From NCBI RefSeq assembly GCF_022846255.1, contig NZ_AP025682.1: a DNA stretch of 64,000 nucleotides; one strand, given 5' to 3'. Of this stretch, positions 22,365 to 40,732 are shown one piece after another. A program made the translations under genes and the position numbers. Position 1 is the first letter of the stretch, and every line of letters starts with the position of its first letter. This stretch comes from Escherichia coli (GTDB lineage: Bacteria; Pseudomonadota; Gammaproteobacteria; Enterobacterales; Enterobacteriaceae). The notes below the pieces were generated by a model. The model did not search any database. It was given only the letters and a program-made list of their open reading frames with translations, and was not told the origin of the DNA.

Positions 22365-23408
22365 TTACAGGTTGTTGAAGATGCGGTTTTCTTGTTCCTG
22401 CACACGGATAAATGTGGTGCGTTTGGTCAGTTCTTTCAGGCGTGAAGCCCCAACGTATGTACAAGCTGAACGCAGGCCGCCCAAAATATCACGCGCGGTA
22501 TTTTCAACCGGGCCTCGCAGCGGCAGCTTAACGGTTTTACCTTCTGCTGCGCGATATTCCGCAACGCCGCCAACGTGACGTTTCATCGCAGACTCTGAGC
22601 TCATGCCGTAGAACAACATAAATTTCTCGCCGTTCTCCTCAACGATGCGACCGCCGCTCTCTTCGTGGCCCGCCAGCATGCCGCCAAGCATTACGAAATC
22701 GGCACCGCCGCCAAAGGCTTTCGCGACATCGCCCGGCGTGGTGCAGCCGCCATCGCTGACGATCATTCCGCCCAGACCGTGCGCAGCATCGGCACATTCG
22801 ATTACCGCAGAAAGTTGCGGATAACCGACGCCTGTTTTGACGCGAGTTGTACAAACAGAACCTGGGCCAATGCCAACTTTAACGATATCGGCACCGGAGA
22901 GGATAAGCTCCTCACACATTTCACCAGTCACTACGTTGCCAGCACAAATGGTTTTGGTCGGCCACGCTTCACGCGCTTTCGCAACGAACTGCACGAAGTG
23001 TTCGGAATAACCATTCGCCACGTCAATACAAACGAAATTTAATGCCGGGTTCAGGTCGAGAATCTGTTTAGTTTTTTCGAAATCCGCATCAGACGTGCCG
23101 GTAGAAACCATCACATGTTTCAGCACATCAGCGGAAGAATTGTTGATAAACGCTTGCCACTCTTCGACAGAATAGTGTTTATGCACAGCAGTCAGAATAT
23201 CAAAAGAAGCCAGCGCAGAGGCCATAGAAAATGTGCCTACGGTGTCCATATTTGCGGCAATAATCGGCACGCAGGACCAGCTCTGACCTGAATGTTTGAA
23301 GGTGAATTGACGTTCCAGTTCAACATCGGAACGGCTTTTAAGAGTGGAGCGTTTAGGGCGGATGAGAACGTCTTTAAAACCTAACTTCAGATCTTCTTCA
23401 ATACGCAT
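22365..23408 (-). CDS. guaC: GMP reductase (347 aa)
   Basis: Full-length ORF matching GuaC. Confidence 0.96.
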   Translation of the reverse strand: MRIEEDLKLGFKDVLIRPKRSTLKSRSDVELERQFTFKHSGQSWSCVPIIAANMDTVGTFSMASALASFDILTAVHKHYSVEEWQAFINNSSADVLKHVMVSTGTSDADFEKTKQILDLNPALNFVCIDVANGYSEHFVQFVAKAREAWPTKTICAGNVVTGEMCEELILSGADIVKVGIGPGSVCTTRVKTGVGYPQLSAVIECADAAHGLGGMIVSDGGCTTPGDVAKAFGGGADFVMLGGMLAGHEESGGRIVEENGEKFMLFYGMSSESAMKRHVGGVAEYRAAEGKTVKLPLRGPVENTARDILGGLRSACTYVGASRLKELTKRTTFIRVQEQENRIFNNL

Positions 23409-23521
23409 GTGCGGATTCCTGGGGTTAATGGCTATAAGGGTAAGAGCGCAACTCCAGTGACGTCATCATACGCACTAATCAATGCGGCGCAAGACTGCGA
23501 AATTGTCTTTTTTTACGCTAC

Positions 23522-23536
23522 AATCCCATAAATTTA
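23522..23536. promoter_or_regulatory. perfect 15-bp palindrome ATTTACCTGGTAAAT in the guaC/coaE divergent promoter region (candidate operator)
   Basis: Seen directly; binder not assigned. Confidence 0.3.
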
Positions 23537-23632
23537 CCTGGTAAATAGTGAGCGAACGTTTCATCAATTTCGCTTTCGTGCGCTCATTTTTAACGTTTTG
23601 ATAATCATGATGAATTCCCGGGAATATAAATT

Positions 23633-24253
23633 ATGAGGTATATAGTTGCCTTAACGGGGGGCATTGGCAGTGGCAAGAGTACCGTTGCCAATGCGTTTGC
23701 TGATCTCGGAATTAACGTCATTGATGCCGATATTATTGCGCGTCAGGTGGTTGAACCAGGTGCACCTGCGCTACATGCCATTGCTGATCACTTTGGCGCT
23801 AACATGATTGCTGCTGATGGAACATTGCAGCGCCGGGCCTTGCGCGAGCGGATCTTCGCCAACCCGGAAGAGAAAAACTGGCTTAACGCCCTGCTGCATC
23901 CGCTGATTCAGCAAGAGACGCAACACCAGATCCAGCGAGCTACTTCCCCCTATGTACTATGGGTTGTGCCATTGCTGGTAGAAAACTCACTGTATAAAAA
24001 AGCGAATCGAGTGCTGGTGGTGGATGTCAGCCCAGAAACGCAACTTAAGCGCACCATGCAGCGCGACGATGTAACTCGCGAGCATGTCGAACAAATCCTT
24101 GCTGCTCAGGCAACGCGCGAAGCTCGCCTTGCCGTGGCAGATGACGTCATTGATAATAACGGCGCACCGGATGCTATCGCATCGGATGTTGCCCGCCTGC
24201 ACGCACACTATTTGCAGCTTGCGTCGCAGTTTGTCTCACAGGAAAAACCGTAA
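23633..24253 (+). CDS. coaE: dephospho-CoA kinase (206 aa)
   Basis: P-loop GGIGSGKST; full-length match. Confidence 0.95.
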
Positions 24254-24996
24254 TGCAGACCCAGGTCCTTTTTGAACATCCACTAAATGAAAAAATGCGT
24301 ACATGGCTGCGCATTGAGTTTTTGATTCAGCAACTCACCGTTAATTTACCCATCGTTGACCACGCTGGCGCGCTGCATTTCTTCCGTAATGTCAGCGAAT
24401 TACTGGATGTTTTCGAGCGCGGCGAAGTCCGCACTGAGCTGTTGAAAGAACTTGACCGGCAGCAACGTAAACTCCAGACCTGGATTGGCGTGCCCGGCGT
24501 GGACCAGAGCCGTATTGAAGCATTAATTCAGCAGTTAAAAGCGGCGGGGAGCGTATTAATCTCCGCGCCGCGTATCGGGCAATTTCTACGTGAAGATCGT
24601 TTGATTGCTCTGGTGCGTCAGCGACTGAGCATCCCGGGCGGCTGTTGCAGCTTTGATTTACCTACATTGCACATTTGGCTGCATCTACCCCAGGCGCAGC
24701 GCGACAGCCAGGTAGAAACCTGGATTGCCAGCCTGAACCCGCTTACCCAGGCACTTACCATGGTGCTGGATTTAATTCGCCAGTCGGCCCCCTTCCGTAA
24801 ACAAACCAGCCTGAATGGTTTTTATCAGGATAACGGTGGCGATGCCGACTTGCTGCGCCTGAATCTGTCGCTCGATTCACAGCTTTATCCGCAAATTTCC
24901 GGTCATAAGAGCCGTTTTGCCATTCGTTTTATGCCGCTGGACAGTGAAAACGGACAGGTACCAGAACGTCTGGATTTCGAACTGGCCTGTTGCTAA
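24253..24996 (+). CDS. zapD: cell division protein ZapD (247 aa)
   Basis: Full-length ORF, start overlaps coaE stop. Confidence 0.93.
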
Positions 24997-25005
24997 GGAG
25001 TAAAA

Positions 25006-25203
25006 ATGTCAGAAACTATTACGGTGAATTGCCCAACCTGCGGGAAAACGGTGGTGTGGGGTGAAATCAGCCCGTTTCGGCCATTTTGCTCCAAACGTTG
25101 TCAGCTGATCGACCTCGGAGAATGGGCTGCTGAAGAAAAACGAATCCCCAGCAGTGGCGATCTTTCCGAAAGCGATGACTGGAGCGAAGAGCCAAAGCAG
25201 TGA
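25006..25203 (+). CDS. yacG: DNA gyrase inhibitor YacG, zinc-finger protein (65 aa)
   Basis: CPTCGK...CSKRC zinc-binding motif. Confidence 0.93.
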
Positions 25204-25212
25204 CATTCTATC

Positions 25213-25690
<478 letters not shown>

Positions 25691-25749
25691 TGTCTTAAAC
25701 CTATAAAAAAGGCGCAGAATCCTGCGCCTTTTACTTCAACTGTTAGCTT

Positions 25750-28455
25750 TTATTGCAGGCGGCCATGGCACTGCTTGTATTTTTTACCAGAACCACACGG
25801 GCAAGGATCGTTACGTCCTACTTTGCGTTCACCGGTTTGCGCCGCCAGTGCAGCTGCGGCTGCAGAGTCGTCATCCTGATGGCTAAGCTGCTGCATTTGC
25901 GCTAAACGCTCGGCTTCCATACGACGCTGTTGTTCCAGCTCCTCAACCTCTTCAGGCATACGTACCTGAACTTTGCTCAGCGTGCTGATAACTTCATATT
26001 TTAACGACTCCAGCATCGCTGCAAACATGGAGAACGATTCACGTTTGTATTCCTGCTTCGGATCTTTCTGTGCATAGCCACGCAGGTGGATACCCTGACG
26101 CAGATAGTCCATCGCAGCCAGGTGCTCTTTCCACAGAGAGTCAAGCGTTTGCAGCATGACGCCTTTCTCGAAGTGACGCATCATCTCAGCACCAACCACT
26201 TCTTCTTTACGCTGATACACTTCGATGGACTGTGCCAGAATGCGCTCACGCAGCGTCTCTTCATGCAGTTCTGGTTCTTTATCCAGCCACTCGGCAATTG
26301 GCAAATCGAGGTCGAAATCGTTCTTCAGACGTTCCTGCAGCCCCGGAATATCCCACATTTCTTCCAGCGACTGTGGCGGAATGTAGGCATCAATGGTGGC
26401 TTTGAACACATCTTCACGAATGCTGTTGATGGTTTCGCTCACATCGCTGACATCCAGCAGTTCGTTACGCTGGGAGTAAATGGCGCGACGCTGATCGTTA
26501 GCCACGTCATCATATTCCAGCAGTTGCTTACGAATGTCGAAGTTACGGCTTTCAACTTTACGCTGGGCGTTGGCAATCGCTTTGGTCACCCACGGGTGCT
26601 CAATGGCTTCGCCTGGCTTCATACCCAGTTTACGCATCATGCCGGATACTCGGTCGGAAGCAAAAATACGCATCAGCGCATCTTCCATCGACAGGTAGAA
26701 ACGGGAAGAACCAGCATCCCCCTGACGACCAGAACGACCGCGCAGCTGGTTATCGATACGACGGGATTCGTGACGTTCAGTACCGATGATATGCAGGCCA
26801 CCTGCTGCCAGTACCGCATCGTGACGTACCTGCCAGTCGGCTTTAATTTTTTCAATTTGCTCTGCAGTCGGATTTTCCAGCGCGGCAACTTCTGCCTGCC
26901 AGCTACCACCGAGCACAATATCGGTACCACGACCCGCCATGTTGGTCGCGATAGTCACCGCAGCCGGGTAACCTGCCTGAGCAACAATCGCCGCTTCGTT
27001 GGCATGGAATTTGGCGTTCAGGACGTTGTGCTTAATACCGGCTTTGGTCAGTTCATTTGACACCAGCTCCGATTTTTCGATGGAGATTGTACCCACCAGC
27101 ACCGGCTGGCCTTTCGCAGTACGTTCTTTGATATCTTCAATGATCGCCTGAATTTTTTCCGCTTCAGTCATGTAGACCAGGTCCGGCAAATCTTTACGAA
27201 TCATTGGACGGTTGGTCGGAACAACGACAGTATCCAGCTTATAGATGGAGCTGAATTCGAAAGCTTCGGTATCAGCAGTACCAGTCATCCCCGCCAGTTT
27301 TTCATACAGACGGAAGTAGTTCTGGAAGGTGATCGAAGCCAGCGTTTGGTTTTCGTTCTGGATCTGCACACCTTCTTTCGCTTCCACAGCCTGGTGCAGA
27401 CCATCGGACCAGCGACGGCCCTGCATGGTACGACCGGTGTGTTCGTCAACGATGATAACTTCACCATCTTTAACGATGTAGTCGACGTCGCGGGTAAACA
27501 GCGCATGAGCGCGCAGCGCCGCCGTTACGTGGTGCATCAGCATGATGTTGGCCGGAGAGTACAGAGACTCACCTTCATCCATGATGCCTTCTTTAACCAG
27601 CAGTTCTTCAATCAGAACCAGACCACGTTCGGTCAGGTTCACCTGGCGAGATTTTTCATCCACCGAGAAGTGGCCTTCGCCCTGGAAGGTTTCGGAGTCT
27701 TCTTTTTCCTGACGGATCAGGTGCGGAATAATTTTATTCACGCGTTTATACATTTCCGAGCTGTCTTCTGCTGGGCCGGAAATGATCAGCGGTGTACGCG
27801 CTTCATCGATGAGGATGGAGTCCACTTCGTCCACCAGCGCATAGTGCAGTTTACGTTGTACACGTTCTTCAGGGCTGAATGCCATGTTGTCGCGCAGGTA
27901 GTCAAAGCCGTATTCGTTGTTCGTACCGTAAGTGATGTCAGCAGCGTAGGCTTCACGCTTTGCCGGTGCTGGCATGCCCGGTAGGTTGATACCGACAGTC
28001 AGGCCAAGGAATTCAAACAGCGGACGGTTGTTTTCGGCGTCACGTTGCGCCAGGTAGTCGTTGACGGTAACTACGTGTACGCCTTTACCGGTTAGTGCGT
28101 TCAGGTAAGCAGGCAGCGTTGCGGTCAGGGTTTTACCTTCACCGGTACGCATTTCGGCGATGCAGCGTTCGTTAAGAACCATACCGCCGAGTAACTGAAC
28201 GTCGAAGTGACGCATGCCAAAGACGCGCTTACTTGCCTCACGCACCACGGCGAAAGCTTCCGGGATCAGATTTTCCAGCACTTCGCCTTTTTCCAGACGC
28301 GCACGAAACTCTGCGGTTTTCCCTTTCAGTTCTTCGTCGGAGAGTTTTTCCATCTCCGGTTCCATGGCATTGATGATGTTGACCACTTTGCGCATCCGGC
28401 GCAGGGTGCGATCGTTACGACTACCGAAAACTTTAGTTAATAATTTGATTAGCAT
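25750..28455 (-). CDS. secA: preprotein translocase ATPase SecA (901 aa)
   Basis: Full-length match including C-terminal zinc-binding [14 protein letters not shown]. Confidence 0.97.
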   Translation of the reverse strand: MLIKLLTKVFGSRNDRTLRRMRKVVNIINAMEPEMEKLSDEELKGKTAEFRARLEKGEVLENLIPEAFAVVREASKRVFGMRHFDVQLLGGMVLNERCIAEMRTGEGKTLTATLPAYLNALTGKGVHVVTVNDYLAQRDAENNRPLFEFLGLTVGINLPGMPAPAKREAYAADITYGTNNEYGFDYLRDNMAFSPEERVQRKLHYALVDEVDSILIDEARTPLIISGPAEDSSEMYKRVNKIIPHLIRQEKEDSETFQGEGHFSVDEKSRQVNLTERGLVLIEELLVKEGIMDEGESLYSPANIMLMHHVTAALRAHALFTRDVDYIVKDGEVIIVDEHTGRTMQGRRWSDGLHQAVEAKEGVQIQNENQTLASITFQNYFRLYEKLAGMTGTADTEAFEFSSIYKLDTVVVPTNRPMIRKDLPDLVYMTEAEKIQAIIEDIKERTAKGQPVLVGTISIEKSELVSNELTKAGIKHNVLNAKFHANEAAIVAQAGYPAAVTIATNMAGRGTDIVLGGSWQAEVAALENPTAEQIEKIKADWQVRHDAVLAAGGLHIIGTERHESRRIDNQLRGRSGRQGDAGSSRFYLSMEDALMRIFASDRVSGMMRKLGMKPGEAIEHPWVTKAIANAQRKVESRNFDIRKQLLEYDDVANDQRRAIYSQRNELLDVSDVSETINSIREDVFKATIDAYIPPQSLEEMWDIPGLQERLKNDFDLDLPIAEWLDKEPELHEETLRERILAQSIEVYQRKEEVVGAEMMRHFEKGVMLQTLDSLWKEHLAAMDYLRQGIHLRGYAQKDPKQEYKRESFSMFAAMLESLKYEVISTLSKVQVRMPEEVEELEQQRRMEAERLAQMQQLSHQDDDSAAAAALAAQTGERKVGRNDPCPCGSGKKYKQCHGRLQ

Positions 28456-28516
28456 AATAAAATCTCAAACGCCCCGCGTTGCGGAGTTAATAAAATGAGG
28501 TAAAGGTTTATTGTTG

Positions 28517-29197
<681 letters not shown>

Positions 29198-29259
29198 TCA
29201 CCTGGCCGGAGAGAGTGCCAGATTTGCCAGTCGAATTTTATACGACAGTATAAATGTCG

Positions 29260-30198
<939 letters not shown>

Positions 30199-30277
30199 CT
30201 ATCCAACCGAAGTGTACTATACATTCGGCGGGCCAGTTTAGCACAAAGAGCCTCGAAACCCAAATTCCAGTCAATTC

Positions 30278-31429
30278 TTAATCAGCTTGCTTACGCAGGA
30301 ATGCTGGGATATCCAGATAATCCGGCTCTTTCGCAGTTTGCGGCGCATTGTCATTCACGACTTTAGCAACCGGCTTCTGCTCCTGGGTCAGCGGAGCCAT
30401 ACCGTGCTGCTGGTAGCGATCCATCACTGGCTGCTGAACCTGCTTATTGGTCACCAGAGTGATTTCAGGACGTTTGTCCATGCCGATACCTGTCGCAACA
30501 ACAGTTACGCGCAGTTCGTCATTCATATCCGGGTCAAGAGAAGTACCGATAACCACGGTCGCGTTGTCGGAAGCAAATGCACGGATGGTGTTACCTACCG
30601 TTTCGAACTCATCCAGACGCAGGTCGAAGCCCGCTGTGATGTTTACCAGTACGCCGCGTGCGCCAGACAGGTCGATATCTTCCAGCAGCGGAGAAGAGAT
30701 AGCCATTTCAGCAGCTTCTTCCGCACGGTCTTCACCGCTCGCCACGCCAGAACCCATCATTGCGTAGCCCATTTCAGACATTACGGTGCGTACGTCTGCA
30801 AAGTCCACGTTCATCAAACCCGGACGAGTAATCAGTTCGGCGATACCTTGCACAGCGCCTTTCAGTACATCGTTCGCTGCGCCAAACGCATCCAGCAGGG
30901 AGATACCACGGCCCAGAACTTTCAGCAGTTTGTCGTTCGGGATAGTGATCAGAGAGTCCACATGCTTGGACAGTTCAGTGATCCCCTGCTCCGCGAATGC
31001 CATACGCTTCTTGCCTTCAAAGTTGAAGGGCTTAGTGACGACAGCAACGGTCAGGATACCCAAATCTTTTGCCACTTCAGCGACGACTGGTGCTGCACCT
31101 GTACCGGTACCACCACCCATACCCGCAGCAATAAAGACCATGTCTGCACCTTCCAGCGCCGCACGCAGTGCATCGCGATCCTCATCAGCCGCATTGCGGC
31201 CAACTTCTGGATTAGCGCCAGCTCCCAGTCCTTTGGTGATACCGCTACCGATTTGAATCGTCTGTCCAACCGCTGTTTTACGCAGCGCTTGTGCATCGGT
31301 ATTTACCGCGAAGAATTCAACACCTTCAATGCGCTCGCGCACCATGTGTTCAACAGCATTACCGCCGCCGCCGCCGACGCCGATGACTTTAATCACCGCG
31401 TCATTGGTAAGTTCCATTGGTTCAAACAT
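30278..31429 (-). CDS. ftsZ: cell division GTPase FtsZ (383 aa)
   Basis: Tubulin signature GGGTGTG; full-length match. Confidence 0.98.
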
Positions 31430-31489
31430 AGTTTCTCTCCGATTTGTGCCTGTCGCCTGAGGCCGTAATCATCGTCGGCCTCATAAAAA

Positions 31490-32752
31490 TTAAAACTCTT
31501 TTCGCAGCCAACTATTGAGTCGCTTGATCCACGAGCCAACTGATGCTGTAACACGTTTTTCTACTTCAGCTTCACCGTTAAGATGTGACTCTTTCCCGTA
31601 ATGAAGCAATCCCACCGCCGTCGAATAATACGGCTCCTGAGCATAATCCGTTAAACCGGTAATGTTCAGCGGCGCGCCGATACGCACCTGCGTATGAAAC
31701 ACGCGCTGAGCACAGGCTGCAAGACCTTCGATCTGCGCTGCGCCACCGGTTAATACAATGCCTGCCGCCAGGTGATGTTTAACCCCTTGTTGGCGAAGCT
31801 TTTCCTGCAACTGCAATATCTCTTCGTTGACCAGATTGAGCAGCTCGGTATAGCGCGGCTCGATCACCTCTGCCAGGGTCTGACGTTGCAGACTCCGCGG
31901 CGGACGACCGCCTACGCTCGGCACTTCCACGCTCTCATCTTTTCCAACGATGGAGCCCAGCGCACAACCGTGGCGAACTTTAATCGCTTCGGCGTCACTT
32001 GGCGGTGTGCCAAAGGCGTAAGCGATATCACTGGTCACGACATTGCCAGCATAAGGAATTACCTTCGTGTGGCGCAATGCCCCACCGGTATAAACGGCGA
32101 TATCCATTGTACCACCACCGATATCGACAACGCAGACACCCAGTTCACGTTCATCTTCCGTCAATACCGAATAACTTGATGCCAGTCCGGCAAATATCAG
32201 TTGGTCAACTTTCAGCCCACAACGTTCAACCGCTTTGACGATGTTTTTCGCCATATCGTTGTGACATGTGATCAGGTGCACTTTTGCCTGCATCCGCACG
32301 CCCGAAAGTCCTACCGGATTCTTGATCCCTTCCTGATAGTCAATCGCATACTCTTGCGGGATCACATGCAGCACACGATGCTCATCGCGCACACGCACCG
32401 ATTTCGCGGTATGGACGACGTTTTCCACATCTTCTTGCGTCACTTCTTCTTCAGAAATAGGCACCATACCAATTTCATTCTGGCAGCTGATGTGCTTACC
32501 AGAAAGCGCCAGATATACCGAAGAGATCTGACAATCTGCCATCAATTCTGCCTGGTCAATGGCGCGTTGTACGCACTTGACCACGGATTCGAGGTCGTTC
32601 ACCCCGCCTTTATCCATACCACGCGACGGGCAGCTGCCCACGCCAATGATATTGACCATACCGTCGGGCAGAACTTCCCCTACTAAAGCGGCAACCTTCG
32701 CGGTACCAATCTCCAGTCCTACTACCAGTTTTCTGTCCGTCGCCTTGATCAT
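31490..32752 (-). CDS. ftsA: cell division protein FtsA (420 aa)
   Basis: Actin-like ATPase, full-length match. Confidence 0.97.
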   Translation of the reverse strand: MIKATDRKLVVGLEIGTAKVAALVGEVLPDGMVNIIGVGSCPSRGMDKGGVNDLESVVKCVQRAIDQAELMADCQISSVYLALSGKHISCQNEIGMVPISEEEVTQEDVENVVHTAKSVRVRDEHRVLHVIPQEYAIDYQEGIKNPVGLSGVRMQAKVHLITCHNDMAKNIVKAVERCGLKVDQLIFAGLASSYSVLTEDERELGVCVVDIGGGTMDIAVYTGGALRHTKVIPYAGNVVTSDIAYAFGTPPSDAEAIKVRHGCALGSIVGKDESVEVPSVGGRPPRSLQRQTLAEVIEPRYTELLNLVNEEILQLQEKLRQQGVKHHLAAGIVLTGGAAQIEGLAACAQRVFHTQVRIGAPLNITGLTDYAQEPYYSTAVGLLHYGKESHLNGEAEVEKRVTASVGSWIKRLNSWLRKEF

Positions 32753-33579
32753 TGTTGTTCTGCCTGTGCCTGATTTTGTTGCTGAGTAGATTCCTCTGGC
32801 GGCAAGGGCGCCCAGCCTACTGCCGCTCCAGAGTCATAACGCAAATCAACGTAGCTAATCCGTTTGCCATCGGTTTGCGCCTGCTGCTGTAAAACCGGAT
32901 AAAGTTCTACAAAGCGAGCCAAACGTTTCATCGTATCGCCCCGGCCAAGATTGAGCTTAATATCGTTATTCAGCGTCAACTGCCAGGAACGCCGCGCGGT
33001 CATCGCCGCTTCCTTCAGAGTAAATCTGTCCTTTGCCAGCATCTGCCCCATTTCGCGATAGCCCTGCAACACTTCATTGGCGCTGCCTTCCGGGCCATAC
33101 AGCATTGGAAGCACCTGCTTGCTGGTGCGATCTGGCGGCACGCTGAAGGTGTTTCCTTCCGCGTCTACCATATGTTGATCATTCCACCGCGCAATCGGCA
33201 CATATTCAACCAGATGAATCTTCAATTCATCAGGCCACTGCTTTCTGACGCTCACCTGCTTAATCCACGGCAGGCGTTGTTCTATTTGCGTCTGGATGAT
33301 GTTGACATCCTGGGTCATAAAGGTACCTGGCTCACCCAATGCCAGGATCGACTGCCGGATATCGTCATTACGCGTGTAATGGCGTTCACCGGTCAACACC
33401 AGCTTTGAGAGCGGCAGGCGTTGCGCATCTTCCATCCAGCCCAACACGACCCAGCCGCTCACCAACACTGTCGTTAAAACGGTCAGCAGGAAAAGGATCC
33501 CCGCCAGACGCGTTCCATTATTGCGGCGAGAAGAAACCTCTTCTTCGCTATTTCGCGTGTTCAGAGCAGCCTGCGACAT
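32749..33579 (-). CDS. ftsQ: cell division protein FtsQ (276 aa)
   Basis: Full-length match; 4-nt overlap with ftsA. Confidence 0.96.
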   Translation of the reverse strand: MSQAALNTRNSEEEVSSRRNNGTRLAGILFLLTVLTTVLVSGWVVLGWMEDAQRLPLSKLVLTGERHYTRNDDIRQSILALGEPGTFMTQDVNIIQTQIEQRLPWIKQVSVRKQWPDELKIHLVEYVPIARWNDQHMVDAEGNTFSVPPDRTSKQVLPMLYGPEGSANEVLQGYREMGQMLAKDRFTLKEAAMTARRSWQLTLNNDIKLNLGRGDTMKRLARFVELYPVLQQQAQTDGKRISYVDLRYDSGAAVGWAPLPPEESTQQQNQAQAEQQ

Positions 33580-33580
33580 A

Positions 33581-35969
<2,389 letters not shown>

Positions 35970-36022
35970 TCTTTACGCCATTAACTTCTTAAATTCATAC
36001 GATGCAAAAGGCATCGCTACAA

Positions 36023-37090
36023 TTACGCCCGGGCAGCCCGGCTCACTTCATTTGCCACTCGCTCGGTGGCATCCGGAATGGATGCAGCGCGGGCGCGTTC
36101 TGCCATGGTTAATAAGGTTTCTCGCGACCACCCGGCCAGGGTGTTGGCGACAGCATCCACGCTAAGCTGTGACTGCTCGATAATTTTGGCAGCGCCCGCT
36201 TTTTCCAGCGGTAGCGCATTCCAGTATTGCTGACGGTCTTTATGTTGAAACGGCACAAACAACGCCGGTAGTCCTGCCGCGGCGATTTCACTCACCGTTA
36301 ACGCACCGGAGCGGCAAACGACGACATCCGCCCACGCATACGCCGCCGCCATATCATCAATAAATTCCGTCACTTTATGCTGCGGTTGCCCCGCTTCGGC
36401 ATATGCCTGTTCAACGGTTTGTTGCGAACCTTTGCCGCTCTGATGCCAGATAGTGACTGAATCACCCAGTTTCGCAGCAACCTGCGGCATTGTCTGGTTA
36501 AGAATGCGTGCGCCCTGGGAACCACCCACTACCAACACACGAACCGGACCTTCACGTCCAGCCAAACGTTGCTGCGGCAACGGCAGCGCCAGCACATCGG
36601 TACGCACCGGGTTACCCACCACTTCCGCATTAGGAAAAGCACCTGGAAACGCCTGCATCACTTTGGTAGCAATCTTCGCCAGCCATTTATTGGTTAAGCC
36701 CGCAATACCGTTTTGTTCATGAAGTACAACCGGAATGCCTAACGACCACGCGGCCAGACCACCTGGACCTGATACATAGCCGCCCATACCGAGCACCACG
36801 TCAGGTTTGTACGCTTTCATAATCGCCCGCGCCTGACGCCAGGCGTTGAAGATACGCAGCGGCGCAGCTATCAGTGCTTTTATACCTTTACCACGCAGAC
36901 CAGAGATACGAATGAAATCAATTTCGATGCCATGTTTTGGCACTAAGTCCGCTTCCATACGGTCGGCAGTCCCCAGCCAGCGAACTTGCCAACCCTGAGC
37001 CATTAGATGGTGCGCAACCGCCAGCCCCGGGAATACATGTCCACCGGTTCCGCCTGCCATCACCATTAATCGCTTCCCTTGACCACTCAT
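36023..37090 (-). CDS. murG: lipid II synthase MurG (355 aa)
   Basis: Full-length match. Confidence 0.97.
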
Positions 37091-38331
37091 CGTGAACCTC
37101 GTACAAACGCCTGCGCTTTCTCCAGACGCGTTTCATAATCAATACGCAACAGCATCATGATGGCTGTCGACATAATCAGTAAGCTCGAACCACCGTAACT
37201 GATCAGCGGCAATGTCAGACCTTTGGTCGGTAACATCCCCGCCGCCGCGCCTACGTTAACCAGCGCCTGGAAACTAAACCAGATACCAATAGAACAGGCG
37301 AGAAAACCGGAAAAACGGTGGTCAATTTCTAATGCTTTGCGGCCAATCGACATCGCGCGAAAAGCGACGAAGAATACCATTAAAAGTGCCAGCACCACAC
37401 CGACATACCCCAGTTCTTCGCCGATAATGGCGAAAATAAAGTCAGTATGCGCTTCCGGCAGATACTCCAGTTTTTGTACCGAGTTACCTAAACCTTGTCC
37501 CCACAGTTCACCGCGACCAAACGCCATCAACGATTGCGTTAACTGATAGCCGCTGCCAAAGGGATCTTCCCACGGATTCCAGAATGCGGTAACACGGCGG
37601 ATACGGTACGGTTCGGCGAGGATCAGCAACACAACCGCTGAAATGCCCATACCGATAATGGCAATGAACTGCCACAATTTCGCTCCCGCCAGGAACAACA
37701 TCGCCAGCGTAGTCACAAACAACACCACCACCGTACCAAGGTCTGGCTGTGCCAGCAGTAACACTGCCAACACCAGAATTACGCCCATCGGTTTCAGGAA
37801 GCCGCGCAGGTTATTACGTACTTCGTCGCCTTTACGCACCAGATAGTTGGCGATATAGCAAAACAGCGACAGTTTTGTCAGCTCCGCAGGCTGAATACGC
37901 AGCAAACCGAGATCGATCCAACGCGATGCCCCTTTAACAGAGCTACCCACTACCAGAACGATCATCAACAGGATGATTGAACCGAGTAGCATCGTAGCGC
38001 TGTAACGTTGCCAGAACTCCATCGGCAGACGCAGCGTAATGATCGCCAGAATGAACGCCAGGATCAGGTAGACGCCATCACGCTTAGCGAAGAAAAAGGG
38101 ATCGTTAGTCAAGCGTTGTCCGATAGGCATTGATGCGGACGTCACCATGATAAAGCCGATCGCCGCGAGGCCGAAGGTCAGCCACAGTAAGGTGCGATCG
38201 TACATGATCAGGCTGTCGGTATCTTTTTCCCGCGAGCCCATCACCCAGCCCTTTAGCGCCGTGGAGATCCAGACCAGAATACTGAATCCTGGCAGGCGCG
38301 GCATTTTCAGGCGAGGAAGAGATAAACGCAT
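37087..38331 (-). CDS. ftsW: peptidoglycan glycosyltransferase FtsW (414 aa)
   Basis: SEDS-family ORF; ATG at 38331 overlaps the murD stop (an in-frame TTG one codon upstream is the track start). Confidence 0.95.
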
Positions 38332-39647
38332 CAACCTAACTCCTTCGCCAGACGGGCAAACTCATTGCCTCGTTGTTCAAAGTTCTTGAATTGATCAAGG
38401 CTGGCACAGGCCGGGGAGAGCAGAACCATATCTCCTGGTTGAACACGCGGAGCCAGCAAGCGCATCGCCTGTTCCATGGTTTCGGTTTGTTCTGCCACTT
38501 CCGGGCGCAGTGCCGCCAGCTGTGCGCCGTCACGACCGAAACAATACAAACGTACGTTATCGCCATTCAGGTAACGTGCCAGCGGACTAAAGTCCGCCGA
38601 TTTACCATCGCCGCCCAGCAACAAATGCAGCGTGCCATCTACGTGCAGGCCATTGAGCGCCGCTTCCGTACTGCCGACATTGGTCGCTTTCGAGTCGTTA
38701 ATCCAGCGCACACCGTTATGTTCCAGCACCACTTCAAAGCGATGCGGCAAACCAGTGAATGTAGTTAACGCTTTCAGGCTACTGGCGCGTGGCAAACCAG
38801 CTGCGTCTGCCAGCGCCAGTGCCGCCAGCGCATTGGTGTAGTTATGCTGACCGGAAAGCTTCATCTCTTTCACGTTCAACACTTTCTCGCCTTTCACCCG
38901 CAGCCAGGTTTCACCCTGCTGATGATTCAAGTGATAGTCGCCCATATTGATACCAAAGCTAACGCAGCGTTCATCCGCACCGCGAATCGGCATTGTTAAG
39001 GCATCATCAGCATTAACCACGCAAATTTTTGCGTTTTCGTAAATGCGCAGTTTTGCTGCACGATACTGTTGTAAACCAAACGGATAGCGATCCATATGAT
39101 CTTCTGTCACGTTCAGAATGGTCGCTGCCACCGCCTGTAAACTGGAGGTGGTTTCAAGCTGGAAGCTCGACAGCTCCAGCACGTACAGTTCGCACTCATC
39201 ATCCAGCAGCATCAACGCAGGCAGGCCAATATTGCCACCCACACCAACGTTAACCCCCGCCGCTTTCGCCATTTCACCCACTAGCGTGGTGACCGTGCTT
39301 TTGCCGTTAGAACCGGTGATCGCCACAATCGGTGCTTGTGCTTCGCGGCAGAATAGCTCGATATCGCCAACGATTTCGATTCCGGCATCAGCGGCAGCGC
39401 TTAAGGATGGATGCGCCAGTGCAATACCGGGACTGGCGACAATCAGATCGGCCGCCATCAGCCATTCATCATTCAGACCGCCCGTGTGGCGTTCTACGGC
39501 TTCGGGTAATTTATCCAGGCCAGGCGGTGTCATACGCGTATCCATAACGCGCGGCGTCACACCGCGAGCGAGGAAAAAGTCCACGCAAGAAAGCCCGGTG
39601 AGGCCCAGGCCGATAATGACGACATTTTTACCCTGGTAATCAGCCAT
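38331..39647 (-). CDS. murD: UDP-N-acetylmuramoylalanine--D-glutamate ligase (438 aa)
   Basis: Full-length match. Confidence 0.97.
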
Positions 39648-39649
39648 GA

Positions 39650-40732
39650 TTAACGTACCTTCAGCGTTGCCAGACCAATCAGGACCAGCATCAGCGAAAT
39701 AATCCAGAAACGTACAATGACGCGCGGTTCCGGCCAGCCTTTCAGTTCATAGTGGTGATGAATCGGTGCCATGCGGAAAATACGTTGTCCGCGCAGTTTA
39801 AAGGAGCCGACCTGCAAAATAACCGACAGGGTTTCAACGACAAACACGCCGCCCATAATCACCAGCAGGAATTCCTGACGCAGCAGTACGGCGATAATGC
39901 CCAGCGCGCCACCTAACGCCAGCGAACCTACATCGCCCATAAAGACCTGCGCCGGATAGGTGTTAAACCACAAGAAGCCCAGCCCTGCCCCGACTATCGC
40001 GGTACAGACAATGACCAGTTCCCCGGCGTGTCGCAGATACGGTATGTGTAAATAGCTGGCAAAATTCATGTTGCCGGTTGCCCATGCCACCAGCGCAAAA
40101 CCACCGGCGACGAATACAGTCGGCATAATCGCCAGGCCATCAAGACCATCGGTCAGGTTTACCGCGTTGCCGGTGCCCACAATGACGAAGTAAGCCAGCA
40201 GAATGTAGAACAGCCCCAACTGCGGCATCACATCTTTAAAGAACGGGACCACCAGCTGCGTTGCAGGCGTGTCTTTCCCGGCAAGGTACAAAGCAAAAGC
40301 AACACCCAGCGCAATAACCGACATCCAGAAATACTTCCAGCGAGCAATCAACCCCTTGGTGTCTTTACGCACTACTTTGCGATAGTCATCAACGAAGCCA
40401 ATAACACCGTAACCGACCAGCACGACCAACACGCACCAGACATACGGGTTGGACGGGTATGCCCACAGCAGCACGGAGATCACAATCGCCGTCAGGATCA
40501 TAATCCCGCCCATGGTCGGCGTACCGCGCTTGCTGAAGTGTGATTCAGGACCGTCGTTACGCACCACCTGACCAAAGGAGAGTTTTTGTAAATGAGCAAT
40601 CATGCGCGGGCCCATCCACAATGAGATGAACAGCGCAGTCAGCAGGCTGACGATGGCGCGAAACGTCAGATAGGAAAAGACGTTAAAGCCGGAATAATAT
40701 TTGACCAAATGTTCGGCCAGCCAAACTAACAT
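39650..40732 (-). CDS. mraY: phospho-N-acetylmuramoyl-pentapeptide transferase (360 aa)
   Basis: Full-length match. Confidence 0.97.

Noticed and set aside
26086-27060. 324-aa plus-strand ORF; similarly 30287..31468 (393 aa) and 7909..8766 (285 aa)
   Set aside because: Antisense to secA, ftsZ and lpd; same reasoning as above.
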